A model generated the notes under the pieces. That model saw only the letters and a program-made list of their open reading frames with translations, did no database searches and was not told where the DNA came from. DNA of 64,000 bases from an uncultured Phycisphaerales bacterium (GTDB lineage Bacteria > Planctomycetota > Phycisphaerae > Tepidisphaerales > Tepidisphaeraceae), in the NCBI GenBank assembly GCA_963844715.1, contig CAWJPJ010000007.1, forward strand, positions 1,344,001-1,408,000. Direction: 5' to 3'. Within the stretch, counting starts at the first letter, position 1. Each line of letters starts with the position of its first letter. The translations under genes and the position numbers were made by a program. This document shows positions 54,940-64,000 of this stretch, one piece after another.

Positions 54940-56526
54940 TTATTTCGTCGCGATGGTGATTAAGTTGGTGCGGACGTCGCGGCCGCATTTTACGAAAGTG
55001 AATTGCGTCAGGTCCAGGTTGGTGAAATGCTCGTCGTGGACCAGGATCTGGTTGATGGTGTCGTTTTTGTCGCCGCGATCGTAATCGTGAGCCATGCGAA
55101 CCATGAGGATGCGGGCGTGATCGCCGGGCGGCGTGTAGCCGGGGATTTGGTCGAACACGGTCGGGCGATGATCGCCGAGGCGCTGGTCGGAAAGCACCCA
55201 GACCTTGGGATGATCCGGCAGATAAAACGTCAACTCCGAGGCGTATTCATAGTCGGTGGTATAGATCGGCGAGTCCTGGCGGACGTCCTGGACCTTTTGC
55301 GCCAGTTCGCGCCAGCCGAAGAGGCGGTCCCATTGGGGATTGCCGAGCTTTGGGCTGATGGTCATCATGATTTCGGGGATGTGGATGACGATCAGGCAGA
55401 TCACCGCCACACCGACGCCGGTGCGGGCCCACCAGGTACGCCAGCCCTTCCAGTTTTCGGATAAATATTGCGCCGCCAGGAGGGTTGCGGGCATGTATCC
55501 GAAGAGAGGCCAGTTGCCGTTGCCGCGCTTGTGGATGGAGGTCAGGGCGAAAAAGATCAGGGGGAGGGCGCCGCAGACGACGAGCAATTTTTGCGGCATC
55601 GTCGCGCGGCCGCGAATCATCCGCCACGCAAAGACGGCGAGGACGAACACGCACAAGGCGCAAATCATCGGCGTCACGATGGCAAGCTGCGAGCCGAAAT
55701 AATCGAGGACTTTAAGGAGCTGGTCGAGGCGGGTGTTGTCGTCGCTGGACAGGCCGTGATGAAGTTGGAACTTGAAGCTGATCCAGCCGTGGGTGGCGTT
55801 CCAGATGATGACGGGGGAAAAGACGGCGAGTGTGACGGCCGCGGCGATCCAGGGCCAGCGCGCTGCCAATTGCCTCCGTCCCTGGCGATCGATCAAGAGG
55901 GCGATTAATACCGAGACGCCGAGGAACACGCTGGTGTATTTGGAATCCAGGGCCAAACCGAGGAAGAGGCCGAAGGCGAGCCAGAGGAGGGCCTCGCGTT
56001 CATTTCCCTCCCCCGGAGTACCGGCGGAGGGTGTCAGGAAAACCAGAAGCACGCACGCAAGCGCCGCCGTCTGGAAAAACATTGCGGGCGTGTCGGGCGT
56101 GGCGATCGAGCCCATGATTCCGACCATGGGGCTGAGAAGGAGACTCACGGCCACGAATCCGGCCGCGAGTTTGTCGGGGCAGAGTCTTAGTGAGACTCGC
56201 CAGAGAATCAGGACCATTCCGACGGCGAGAATTCCCATTGGCCAGCGAACGCCGAATTCGGTGTTTCCCTCGAAATGAGTCCCGAGTCGAATAAGCCACG
56301 CGATAACGGGCGGATGATCGACATACGAGAGGGCGGGATGCTGCGACCAGACCCAGTAATAGCATTCGTCCGGGACAAGCTGGCGGAAGTTGGAAAAGAC
56401 CCATCGGGCGACGAGGGTGAGGCCCGCTAGCGCCAAGACGCCGGCCGTTCCCGGCCAGCGGCGCGGTTTGGCGGGCGCCGGCTGCGCGGCGATTTCAGGG
56501 GCCGAAGTTACCGGCGTTTGGCTCAT
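54940..56526 (-). CDS. ArnT/PMT-like (GT39/GT83) membrane glycosyltransferase
   Basis: 'PDECYYWVWS...SYVDHPP', 'TPDTP', 'SKYT', 'PVIIWN'. Confidence 0.88.
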   Translation of the reverse strand: MSQTPVTSAPEIAAQPAPAKPRRWPGTAGVLALAGLTLVARWVFSNFRQLVPDECYYWVWSQHPALSYVDHPPVIAWLIRLGTHFEGNTEFGVRWPMGILAVGMVLILWRVSLRLCPDKLAAGFVAVSLLLSPMVGIMGSIATPDTPAMFFQTAALACVLLVFLTPSAGTPGEGNEREALLWLAFGLFLGLALDSKYTSVFLGVSVLIALLIDRQGRRQLAARWPWIAAAVTLAVFSPVIIWNATHGWISFKFQLHHGLSSDDNTRLDQLLKVLDYFGSQLAIVTPMICALCVFVLAVFAWRMIRGRATMPQKLLVVCGALPLIFFALTSIHKRGNGNWPLFGYMPATLLAAQYLSENWKGWRTWWARTGVGVAVICLIVIHIPEIMMTISPKLGNPQWDRLFGWRELAQKVQDVRQDSPIYTTDYEYASELTFYLPDHPKVWVLSDQRLGDHRPTVFDQIPGYTPPGDHARILMVRMAHDYDRGDKNDTINQILVHDEHFTNLDLTQFTFVKCGRDVRTNLITIATK

Positions 56527-58259
56527 CTTTGTTGCAATCGGACGGTCAACCAGATCGCGGCCGCCAGGACGATTACGTTTCCGCCCCAGATGAACGCGAG
56601 CCCGGTTAGCAGCGGATCGTGAAAGGAGGGACCGAGATCAAACGGGACGTGCGTCGCCGCCTGCTGGCCGCAGAAAATCAGGGTGATGCTGAGTAGCGCG
56701 GGGACGAAGCTCACGGCAAAGGCGTTGAGGACGTTCCCGCTTCTAAAGACGGTTCCCAAGCCGCTGCCGATCATGACGAGAATCAGGCAACTGAGGGCGA
56801 AGCTGGCTCGGCCATGCAGTTCACTGCGGGCGGAATTATTCACGGCGACCTGCTCATGATGCAGCCACATCGCATCGCTCTGGGTAATCGTCGGATCGTT
56901 CTGAAAATCGGCGACGCTTTTCTTTTCGACGGCCTTCACCTCCGCCGGCATCGGCTCGGAGAAGCTGCGGATAAAGCTGAGCCGTTCGCTGGGGCCCTCC
57001 TGGGTGTGGAGGAGCGTGTCGTAGAGTTCGATGCTTATGGTCACGCGATGCGCCAATCGGTCGGGTTTGGCGCGGATGTGAATTTCCTTTGCTTCGGCGG
57101 TGAGCGTGCGCTGCGAGCCGTGCGATTGCTCCATCCAGACGGTTCGCGACTGGTCGCCGCGCGGCGGGGCGGTGACGATCAGTTCCGATCCGTCGCGCAC
57201 GGATGATGCGCCGTCGCCGCCGATGCGGAAGGTGTCGGAATCGCCGACGGTGGGGAATACGTATCCGTTCGGCTCGCCGCGGTTGATCTGCGCGGAGATG
57301 AGATCGAGTGTTTTGGCTTCCTGCTCGCGGGCCACGACGTCGATGAGGATATTTTGCACGCGTTCGCTGTGGCTCGGATCATGGGCCAGTTCGGTGAGCC
57401 GCTGAACGTTGAGGAATTTGACGTTTTCGTGAATGAGAGACGGGATTTCGACGGGTCCGAAAGTTGTATCCGCGACCCCCGCCTGCACATTTCCGTAGAA
57501 TTCGCGCGGGAACTTCAGTCCGTCGGTGAGATGGACGGTGAGGGTCGCCATCGGCACCGCCAGATCGCCCCAGGGCCGCTCCTCGCCGCTGCGTTCGATC
57601 GTAACCATGGCGCGCCGGGCCAGGGAAAAATCGCGCGGGATGTGCAGGTCCGGATTGGCCTCGGTGGGCGATTCATAGGTGACGATCGCGGGCCCGATCA
57701 GCTCGACTTGCTGGATTCGCGGATTATTCGGATCCGGCGGCGGCAGATACGCCGACTCGGCAAAAACGTGCCAGCTTCCACCCATCCCCTGAAAATCCAC
57801 GGCGTGATCGCGCTCGACGTCGCTGGCGATCACCTTGGCGATATTCGAGTAAACGATCTCCTGAACCCGCAGAGAAAAGACCGGCACCACGAAGCAGAGC
57901 ATGATCAGACTGATCGTCGCCACGATCAAACCCAGAACCAGGGCCGGCAGGGCGATCGAAAATCCGCGCATGGAAATATAGGAGATGCCGCCGGCGCGCA
58001 TGGCCGTCAACTCGTTGTCGGAGGCGAGCCGTCCGTAAACGATCGTCGCGGCCAGGAGCGCGGCGACGGGGAGGGAATAGGTGCTCATCGCGGGGGTGAG
58101 ATAGAGGAGCATCTGGTTGACCTGCCGCATGTCCAGGCCGTTTTCAGTCAACGGGCGCAGCAGCCCGGCGAAGCTCATGATCCCCGCCAGGGCGCAGGTG
58201 GTCAGAGCAAACACGCGAAGCAGCGGCCAGAAAATGTACCAGAAGAGCGTTTTGCTCAT
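56523..58259 (-). CDS. lptF: LptF/LptG-family LPS export permease (LptF position)
   Basis: 'YSLPVAALLA...YGRLASDNELTAMRAGGIS'. Confidence 0.82.
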   Translation of the reverse strand: MSKTLFWYIFWPLLRVFALTTCALAGIMSFAGLLRPLTENGLDMRQVNQMLLYLTPAMSTYSLPVAALLAATIVYGRLASDNELTAMRAGGISYISMRGFSIALPALVLGLIVATISLIMLCFVVPVFSLRVQEIVYSNIAKVIASDVERDHAVDFQGMGGSWHVFAESAYLPPPDPNNPRIQQVELIGPAIVTYESPTEANPDLHIPRDFSLARRAMVTIERSGEERPWGDLAVPMATLTVHLTDGLKFPREFYGNVQAGVADTTFGPVEIPSLIHENVKFLNVQRLTELAHDPSHSERVQNILIDVVAREQEAKTLDLISAQINRGEPNGYVFPTVGDSDTFRIGGDGASSVRDGSELIVTAPPRGDQSRTVWMEQSHGSQRTLTAEAKEIHIRAKPDRLAHRVTISIELYDTLLHTQEGPSERLSFIRSFSEPMPAEVKAVEKKSVADFQNDPTITQSDAMWLHHEQVAVNNSARSELHGRASFALSCLILVMIGSGLGTVFRSGNVLNAFAVSFVPALLSITLIFCGQQAATHVPFDLGPSFHDPLLTGLAFIWGGNVIVLAAAIWLTVRLQQR

Positions 58260-59762
58260 TTAATAAGAGTAGTTGCCAGTTGCCAGTTGCCAGTTGCCAG
58301 TTGGGAGGAGATGGCGTCGCTGAGTTTTGCGATTCCCGGTTCGATCTGGTCGGGGGCGACCTGGCCGAAACTTAGGCGCATAAAATTTTTGGGGAGGCGG
58401 CCGGTTTCGTCGGGTTGGAAGCAGTAATCGCCGGGGACGTAGATCACGCCGCGATCGACGCAGGATTTGAAGAGCGGCGCTTCGCGCGAGGTGTCGATTC
58501 CCGGCGGCAGTGTGAGCCAGATGTATAAGCCGCCGTGCGGGTGGGTCCAGTGGATCTCCTCATCTTGTCCCCTCTCCCTGTCTTCCGCTGGTTTCCGCAG
58601 GATCGGGTGAGGGGACTCTTGTCCCCTCTCCCTGTACTCGGGGAGAGGGTTAGGGTGAGGGGCAATTCCCGCGCGACCGGCAGAACCCTCACCCCAGCCC
58701 TCTCCCTGAGTACATGGAGAGGGGGAAAGAGGGGACGCCGCAGCTGGCATGTGTTTTTTCAGCGACTCCAGCATCGCATCGCGTTTTTTTCGATAGCTTT
58801 CGCACAGTCGCTTCACCTGCTCCTGATAGAGGCCGCTTTGCATTGCCTCCAGCGCGATGTGCTGGGCGAGGCTGCTGGAGCCGAAGTCGTGATTCCCCTT
58901 TTGGTGCATGACAGCCTCTAGCACGTCCGGCGGCATCGCCGTGTAACCCGTCTTGATTCCTGGGGCGAACGGCTTGCTGAATGTCTGGGTCAGAATCGTA
59001 AACTCGTTGGTTTCGTCGAACGATTTGATCGACGGCAAAGCCGGGCCGTCATAGCGCAATTCGCGATAGGCGGCGTCTTCGAGAATCAAGATCCGGCGCC
59101 GGCGGCTGAATTTTTTGGCGATTTCGAGCAGTCTTTTCCGCCTTGGAAGGGCAAGCGTCAACCCCGTCGGGTTCTGGTAAAAGCTCTGGACGTAGATGAG
59201 CTTGACCTTTTCGAGTTTTCCTTCGCGATCGATTTTTTCCAGGAGCTTTTCGATCGCCTCGGGGTCCATTCCGTCCTCGTCGATCGGCACGGTCCGCACA
59301 TCGGCTCCGAAGGACGCCAGCGTTCCCGTGTAAACGAAATAAGAGGGGTTGGCGGCGATGACGATGTCGCCGGGGTCAACCAGGACGTCGCCGATGAGAT
59401 AAAGGGCCTGCTGGGAGCCGGTGGTGATGACGATGTCGCGCTCTGAGACGGCGAAATCGTTGGCCGGTTTGTTCTCCAGGGTTTCAAGATGTTTGACGGC
59501 GGCTTTCCGCAGGCCGGCCAGGCCCTGGGTCGTGTCGTATTGCAGCGCCGCCCGGGCTCGCGGGGTCGGCCAAAATCTTCTGCGTGATCGTCTGCGACGC
59601 CTCGATGGGCAGGGTTAGGGGATCGACCAATCCAGCGGCCAGGTTGATGAGCTTCGGATTCGCCACCACCGCCGCCATCAAAAAGCTGATCGGCTGCTCG
59701 CCGGTGCGGCGGGCCTTCGCGGATAAGCCGATTTCCGGGGGTTTGGGTTCTTGTGAGGACAT
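58256..59762 (-). CDS. class I/II PLP-dependent aminotransferase (indel ~59550) with in-frame palindromic insert
   Basis: 'INLAAG', 'YQNPTG', 'EDAAYREL', 'TFSKPFAPG', 'MRLSFG'. Confidence 0.88.
58271..58303. repeat. heptamer tandem repeat (agttgcc)n
   Basis: 4+ units, inside the aminotransferase 3' end. Confidence 0.9.
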
Positions 59763-59883
59763 ACAGAATGATCATGCTAGCCAAGCCTATCTGTAGCGGC
59801 AATTGTGCGGTGTAAGTGCCGATAAATGCTTCAATTCAGATGCGATGCAGGGCGCAGCGGGTCAGCCGATTGACAATCCACAG

Positions 59884-60267
59884 TTAATTGGGAGGCAGCG
59901 GGGGAGGAAGATGTTGCAGGCGCGGCTTATCGACTTTTAAGAAACCGTAGATGGCCAAGGCGGTGCCGAACGGAATTGACACGAGCAAGATGATGTTTAA
60001 TGCGAAAGTTGGCCAGCGACGGTAAGTCGGTAGAAGTATACGAATCAAAAGAACCAAAAGGCTCACCGCGCCATAAGCAGCCTCTGTAAAAACTATCAAC
60101 TGGAATGCGGGTTTGGTATTCGCCGGCGTAGTCGGAAGCCACATCATCCAGACCATAAAGCCAACACCCATTAACAAAAAGAAAGCGAAAGCCGCTAAAA
60201 GTGAAGAATAAACGGCGTCGTGATTTGTCGGAATCGGTTTACCGGGTGTTTGATAATTTAGGGTCAT
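59884..60267 (-). CDS. hypothetical membrane protein
   Basis: about 3 hydrophobic segments, 'IPFGTALAIYG'; AT-richer than flanks. Confidence 0.65.
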   Translation of the reverse strand: MTLNYQTPGKPIPTNHDAVYSSLLAAFAFFLLMGVGFMVWMMWLPTTPANTKPAFQLIVFTEAAYGAVSLLVLLIRILLPTYRRWPTFALNIILLVSIPFGTALAIYGFLKVDKPRLQHLPPPLPPN

Positions 60268-60356
60268 GATTTTTCCGGCAATAAGCGGGCAAACTCGTCC
60301 GCCCTCGCAATTTTCGGCTTGGGCGATCAATATATGCCGCGACACAGGAGCTTGCC

Positions 60357-60593
60357 ATGCCCAGCACCGAAGACGAACTTCGCAAAGCACTCAAAGCCTT
60401 TAAAAAGCGATTGAAGCTCACGCGCCTCGACGACGATTCCAAGTTGGGACACAGCCCCCTGACGGGCGGGTCCCAGGGCAAAATCGTCTCCATCCAACCA
60501 CCATCGGGCTTTGGGCGGGATATTTGGGAGGAACTGGCCGATCAGGGCAAGCTGAAACGCGACGGGACAGGCTTTTACGAGCTCGTCGAATAG
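60357..60593 (+). CDS. small hypothetical protein
   Basis: AGGAG SD; 78-aa ORF 'ELRKALKAFKKRLKLTRLDDDSKLG'. Confidence 0.7.
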   Translation: MPSTEDELRKALKAFKKRLKLTRLDDDSKLGHSPLTGGSQGKIVSIQPPSGFGRDIWEELADQGKLKRDGTGFYELVE

Positions 60594-60618
60594 CGGTCCG
60601 TAGCCGGTATTTGCCTTG

Positions 60619-60676
60619 ACTGGCAACTGGCAACTGGCAACTCGCAACTATTCCAAACAACTGGCAACTGGCAACT
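60619..60676. repeat. heptamer tandem repeat (actggca)n, inverse of 58271-58303
   Basis: two clusters of ctggcaa units upstream of alaS. Confidence 0.9.
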
Positions 60677-60699
60677 TCTTCCCTCATAATTCTCGCCCC

Positions 60700-63600
60700 A
60701 TGACTTCGGCCGAGATTCGCCAGCAATTTCATCGATTTTTTCGTGCAGAAGCACGGGCACACGTTCGTGCCGTCGTCGCCGGTCGTGCCGCTGGATGATC
60801 CGACGCTGCTGTTCACCAACGCGGGGATGAATCAGTTCAAGCCGATTTTTCTGGGGCAGGAAAAGCGCACCTATACGCGGGCGGCCAATACGCAAAAGTG
60901 CATCCGGGCCGGGGGGAAGCACAACGATCTGGACGACGTCGGGCCGCAGCCGGCGGCATCACACGTTTTTTGAAATGCTCGGCAACTGGAGCTTTGGCGA
61001 TTATTTCAAGCGCGGGGCGATCGAGATGGCGTGGGAGCTGCTCACCAAGGTCTGGAAGATCGATCCCACGCGATTGCATGCGACGTGCTACGAGGGGGAT
61101 GAGAAAAACGGCATTCCCCGCGATGAGGAGGCGGCCAAGTTGTGGAAGGAAATTGCCGGGCTGCCGGACGATCAAATCCATTATTTCGGCAAGGACAATT
61201 TCTGGGAGATGGGGGACACCGGGCCGTGCGGGCCTTGCAGCGAGATTCACATCGACCGCACGCCGGATAAAAGCGGCGGCAGATTCGTCAACGGCGACGA
61301 TCCGCGGGTGATGGAAATTTGGAATCTGGTTTTCATCCAGTACAACCGGGATGCGGCCGGGAAACTGACGCCGCTGCCGGCCAGGCACGTGGATACGGGG
61401 ATGGGGTTCGAGCGGATTTGCCAGGTTTTGCAGAGGAAAGAGGACAATTACGCGACGGATTTGTGGACGCCGCTGTTTGATCGCATATCTGAGATTTCAA
61501 ATTTCAAATATGCGGGCAAATTCCCGAAGACCAACGTCGCCGACCCGGCGGCCGAGGCGGCGGATGAACAGCTTCGGCATGATATTGCGTTTCGAGTCGT
61601 GGCGGATCATGCGCGATGCCTGACGTTTGCGCTGACGGATGGGGCGGTGCCGAGCAACGAAGGGCGCGGGTATGTGCTGCGGCGGATTCTGCGCCGCGCG
61701 GCCCGGTTTGGGCGGCAGCATTTGGATCTGCACGAGCCGTTCCTGCATGAACTGGTGCCCGTAATCGTCGATTCGATGGGGGCGGCGTTTCCGGAATTGG
61801 AGAAGAATCCGAAGCATGTGATTGATCTTATAAAGGAGGAGGAGGTTTCGTTCGGGCGGACTTTGGATCGCGGGATAGCGCTATTCGAATTCGCGGCCGC
61901 CAACGAGATTGGTAAACAATACGCTGAGTTGCTGGGGCGCGGCTGGGTATTAAGCCCTGGGCAACCCGTGCGCGTCGCGGAAGATTCAGCCCGAGGACGA
62001 GCCGCAGCCTTAGAGCAAATCTCGTCGGAGCTTAACTTTATCAATGGCGAAACGCGGGAGAGGATTGGGCCAATTCCTACTGACCAAGCGCTCTCCGAAC
62101 TCAGCGGCCGACAAAAGGAATTGCGGATCGACGCGGCGAGCGCTTTCAAATTGCACGACACCTACGGATTCCCCATCGATCTGACGCGCATCATGGCCGA
62201 GGAGCGCGGCCTGAAGGTCGATCTCGACGGGTATGAAAAATTGATGGAGCGCGCGAAGGAACTGGCGCGGGCGGGCGGGAAGACGGAGGAATCTTCGCTG
62301 GCGGAGTTGTCGCCCGATTCGGTGTCGCAGCTTGCGCAAACTGGCGTGAAGGCCACGGACGATCATTTCAAATTTTCGCACGAGCCGATCCAGGCGACGG
62401 TGATGGCGATTTGGAATGGCGACGACCTGGGTCTTTCGCCCGCCTCGGCGATTGAAGACGAAGAATTGGCGATCATTCTGGATCGCACGAATTTTTACGC
62501 GGAAATGGGCGGGCAAGTTGGCGACAAAGGGGAACTTCGTCTTCTGATCCGTTCTCCTCAGTCCTCTGCTAGCTTCCGCGGGATGGGTGAGGGGTCTTCT
62601 CATAATGACGAAACGCCCCCCACCCCAGCCCTCCCCCAGAGTACTGGGAGAGGGGGCAATACTTTCGACGTCCAAAATACTCGGTCCGTCGGCGGGTTTG
62701 TGCTGCATATCGGGCGTTTGCGGAGTGGGCAGATTCATGTTGGGGAGCGCGTCGAGGCCGTTGTCCTCGGTGGTCGCGAACGAACGGAGAAAAATCACAC
62801 GAGCACGCACATCGCCAATTGGGCTTTGCGTGAAGTCCTGGGCGACGGCGTTCAGCAAAAAGGCTCGCTTGTCGATGCCGAAAAACTCCGGTTCGATTTC
62901 TCCCATGGCAAGTCGATGGCGGATGAGGAAATCTCGAAAGTCGAGGATTTGGTCAATCGAGAGATTGGGAAAAAATTGCCTGTCTACGCCGAGGAAGCGG
63001 AGCAGGGTCAGGCATTGAAGATCAACGGGCTGCGGGCCGTGTTTGGTGAAAAATATCCGCCGCGCGTGCGGGTTGTGTCCATCGGCGTCCCTGTTAAGGA
63101 TTTGCTCGCGGATCCCGCGAATCCGAAATGGCGGCAATACTCCATCGAATTCTGCGGCGGGACGCATCTGAAAAATTCGGATCAGATCGCTCAATTCGTC
63201 CTGACGGCCGAGGAATCTGTCAGTAAGGGGATTCGGCGAATCGTGGCCGTCACGGGAGATTCCGCGGGGGCCGTTAAGCACTCCGGCGAGGAGCTTGAAA
63301 AATCGATCGAACACGCACGGCTAGCGCCTGAGGAACAGTTGCCGAGCTTGATCAACACGTTGCAAAAATCGGCGGGGGGGCAAATTCCGCTCCGCGTGAA
63401 ACGCCGCGCCCAGGTGGCTATCGCGGAGCTTCAGGCGAAGCACAAAGCCTTCGAAAAATCCAAAGCCTCGCGCGGGGGGCAAGTGGATGCGGTTAAAGTG
63501 GCCGGCGAGTTACTGGCCGAAGCCAACGGTCCGGTCATCGTCGGGCAGATTCCAGGCGCGAGCGACGAGCAGCTTCGCTCCGCCATGGATTCCCTGAAAA

Positions 63601-63848
63601 AGAAATCCCCTAGCCACGCGATCATGCTGGCGTCGGCCATCGACCAGAAGGTGACGTTCGTGGCGGCGGTCAGCGACGATCTCATTGCCAAAGGCCTTAA
63701 GGCGGGTGATTGGGTGAAACAGGTCGCCGCCGTCGCGGGCGGCGGCGGAGGGGGGAGGCCGCAGATGGCGCAGGGAAGCGGGAAGGAGCCCGCTGCTATT
63801 GAAGCCGCTTTGGATAAGGCACGCGACTTGGCAAGGGGAGTCGGTTGA
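60700..63848 (+). CDS. alaS: alanine--tRNA ligase (indels ~60730 and ~60945)
   Basis: '[12 protein letters not shown]', '[13 protein letters not shown]', '[10 protein letters not shown]', 'DTYGFP', 'NHTSTH', 'EFCGGTH', '[12 protein letters not shown]'. Confidence 0.97.
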
Positions 63849-63850
63849 CC

Positions 63851-63989
63851 CCCGAAACCCGAAGCCCGAAACCGGAAATCCGAATCAAACCCGAATGCCC
63901 GAATGATTGAATTAGCGAAATGGCCCCTTTCGGTCATTTGGGCATTTGGGATTGATTCTGGTTTCTGGTTTCGGGCTTCTGGTTTCGCG
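63851..63989. repeat. long imperfect palindrome built of short repeats, downstream of alaS
   Basis: cgaaacccgaagcccgaaacc...aatcaaacccgaatgcccgaatga vs tcatttgggcatttgggattgatt...ggtttcgggcttctggtttcg. Confidence 0.8.
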
Positions 63990-64000
63990 GTTCGGCCGTT

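Noticed and set aside
581..60975. Many frameshifts as mass pseudogenisation or programmed frameshifting
   Set aside because: They hit essential genes (alaS, ftsY, ribH) as isolated 1-2 nt indels, often near homopolymers. Sequencing error is the simpler explanation.
61890..62125. Intein in alaS
   Set aside because: No C/S start with HN-C/S/T end, and too short.

Overview
This is a GC-rich bacterial chromosome segment. The gene content (PEP-CTERM proteins, vWA/ExbBD cluster, Sua5-phosphatase fusion, SPINDLY-like TPR glycosyltransferases) suggests a planctomycete; that assignment is inference. Roughly 20 genes, including alaS, ftsY and ribH, are broken by 1-2 nt indels. This most likely reflects unpolished long-read sequence, so I joined the reading frames by eye. 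Main contents: (1) three paralogous PEP-CTERM GH28 polygalacturonase genes, the third split cleanly by a 3.65-kb RIT element (three tyrosine recombinases) whose left end carries a perfect 12-8-12 palindrome; (2) a defence-type island of a type IIG-like restriction-modification gene with an in-frame TGA, a Panacea antitoxin/MazF-like toxin pair split by an IS5-family element and bracketed by long direct repeats, and a PLD-family protein; (3) two more TA pairs (MenAT-like, Phd/VapC); (4) housekeeping and transport genes (ppa, sugar ABC, ThuA, EF-G-like, ribH-nusB-ftsY, rpiB, lptF/GT39/lptG, alaS); (5) several families of palindromic repeats, one of which sits in-frame inside three protein-coding genes; (6) a candidate structured small RNA with an intrinsic terminator at about 49.8 kb. 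I saw no rRNA, tRNA or CRISPR array.
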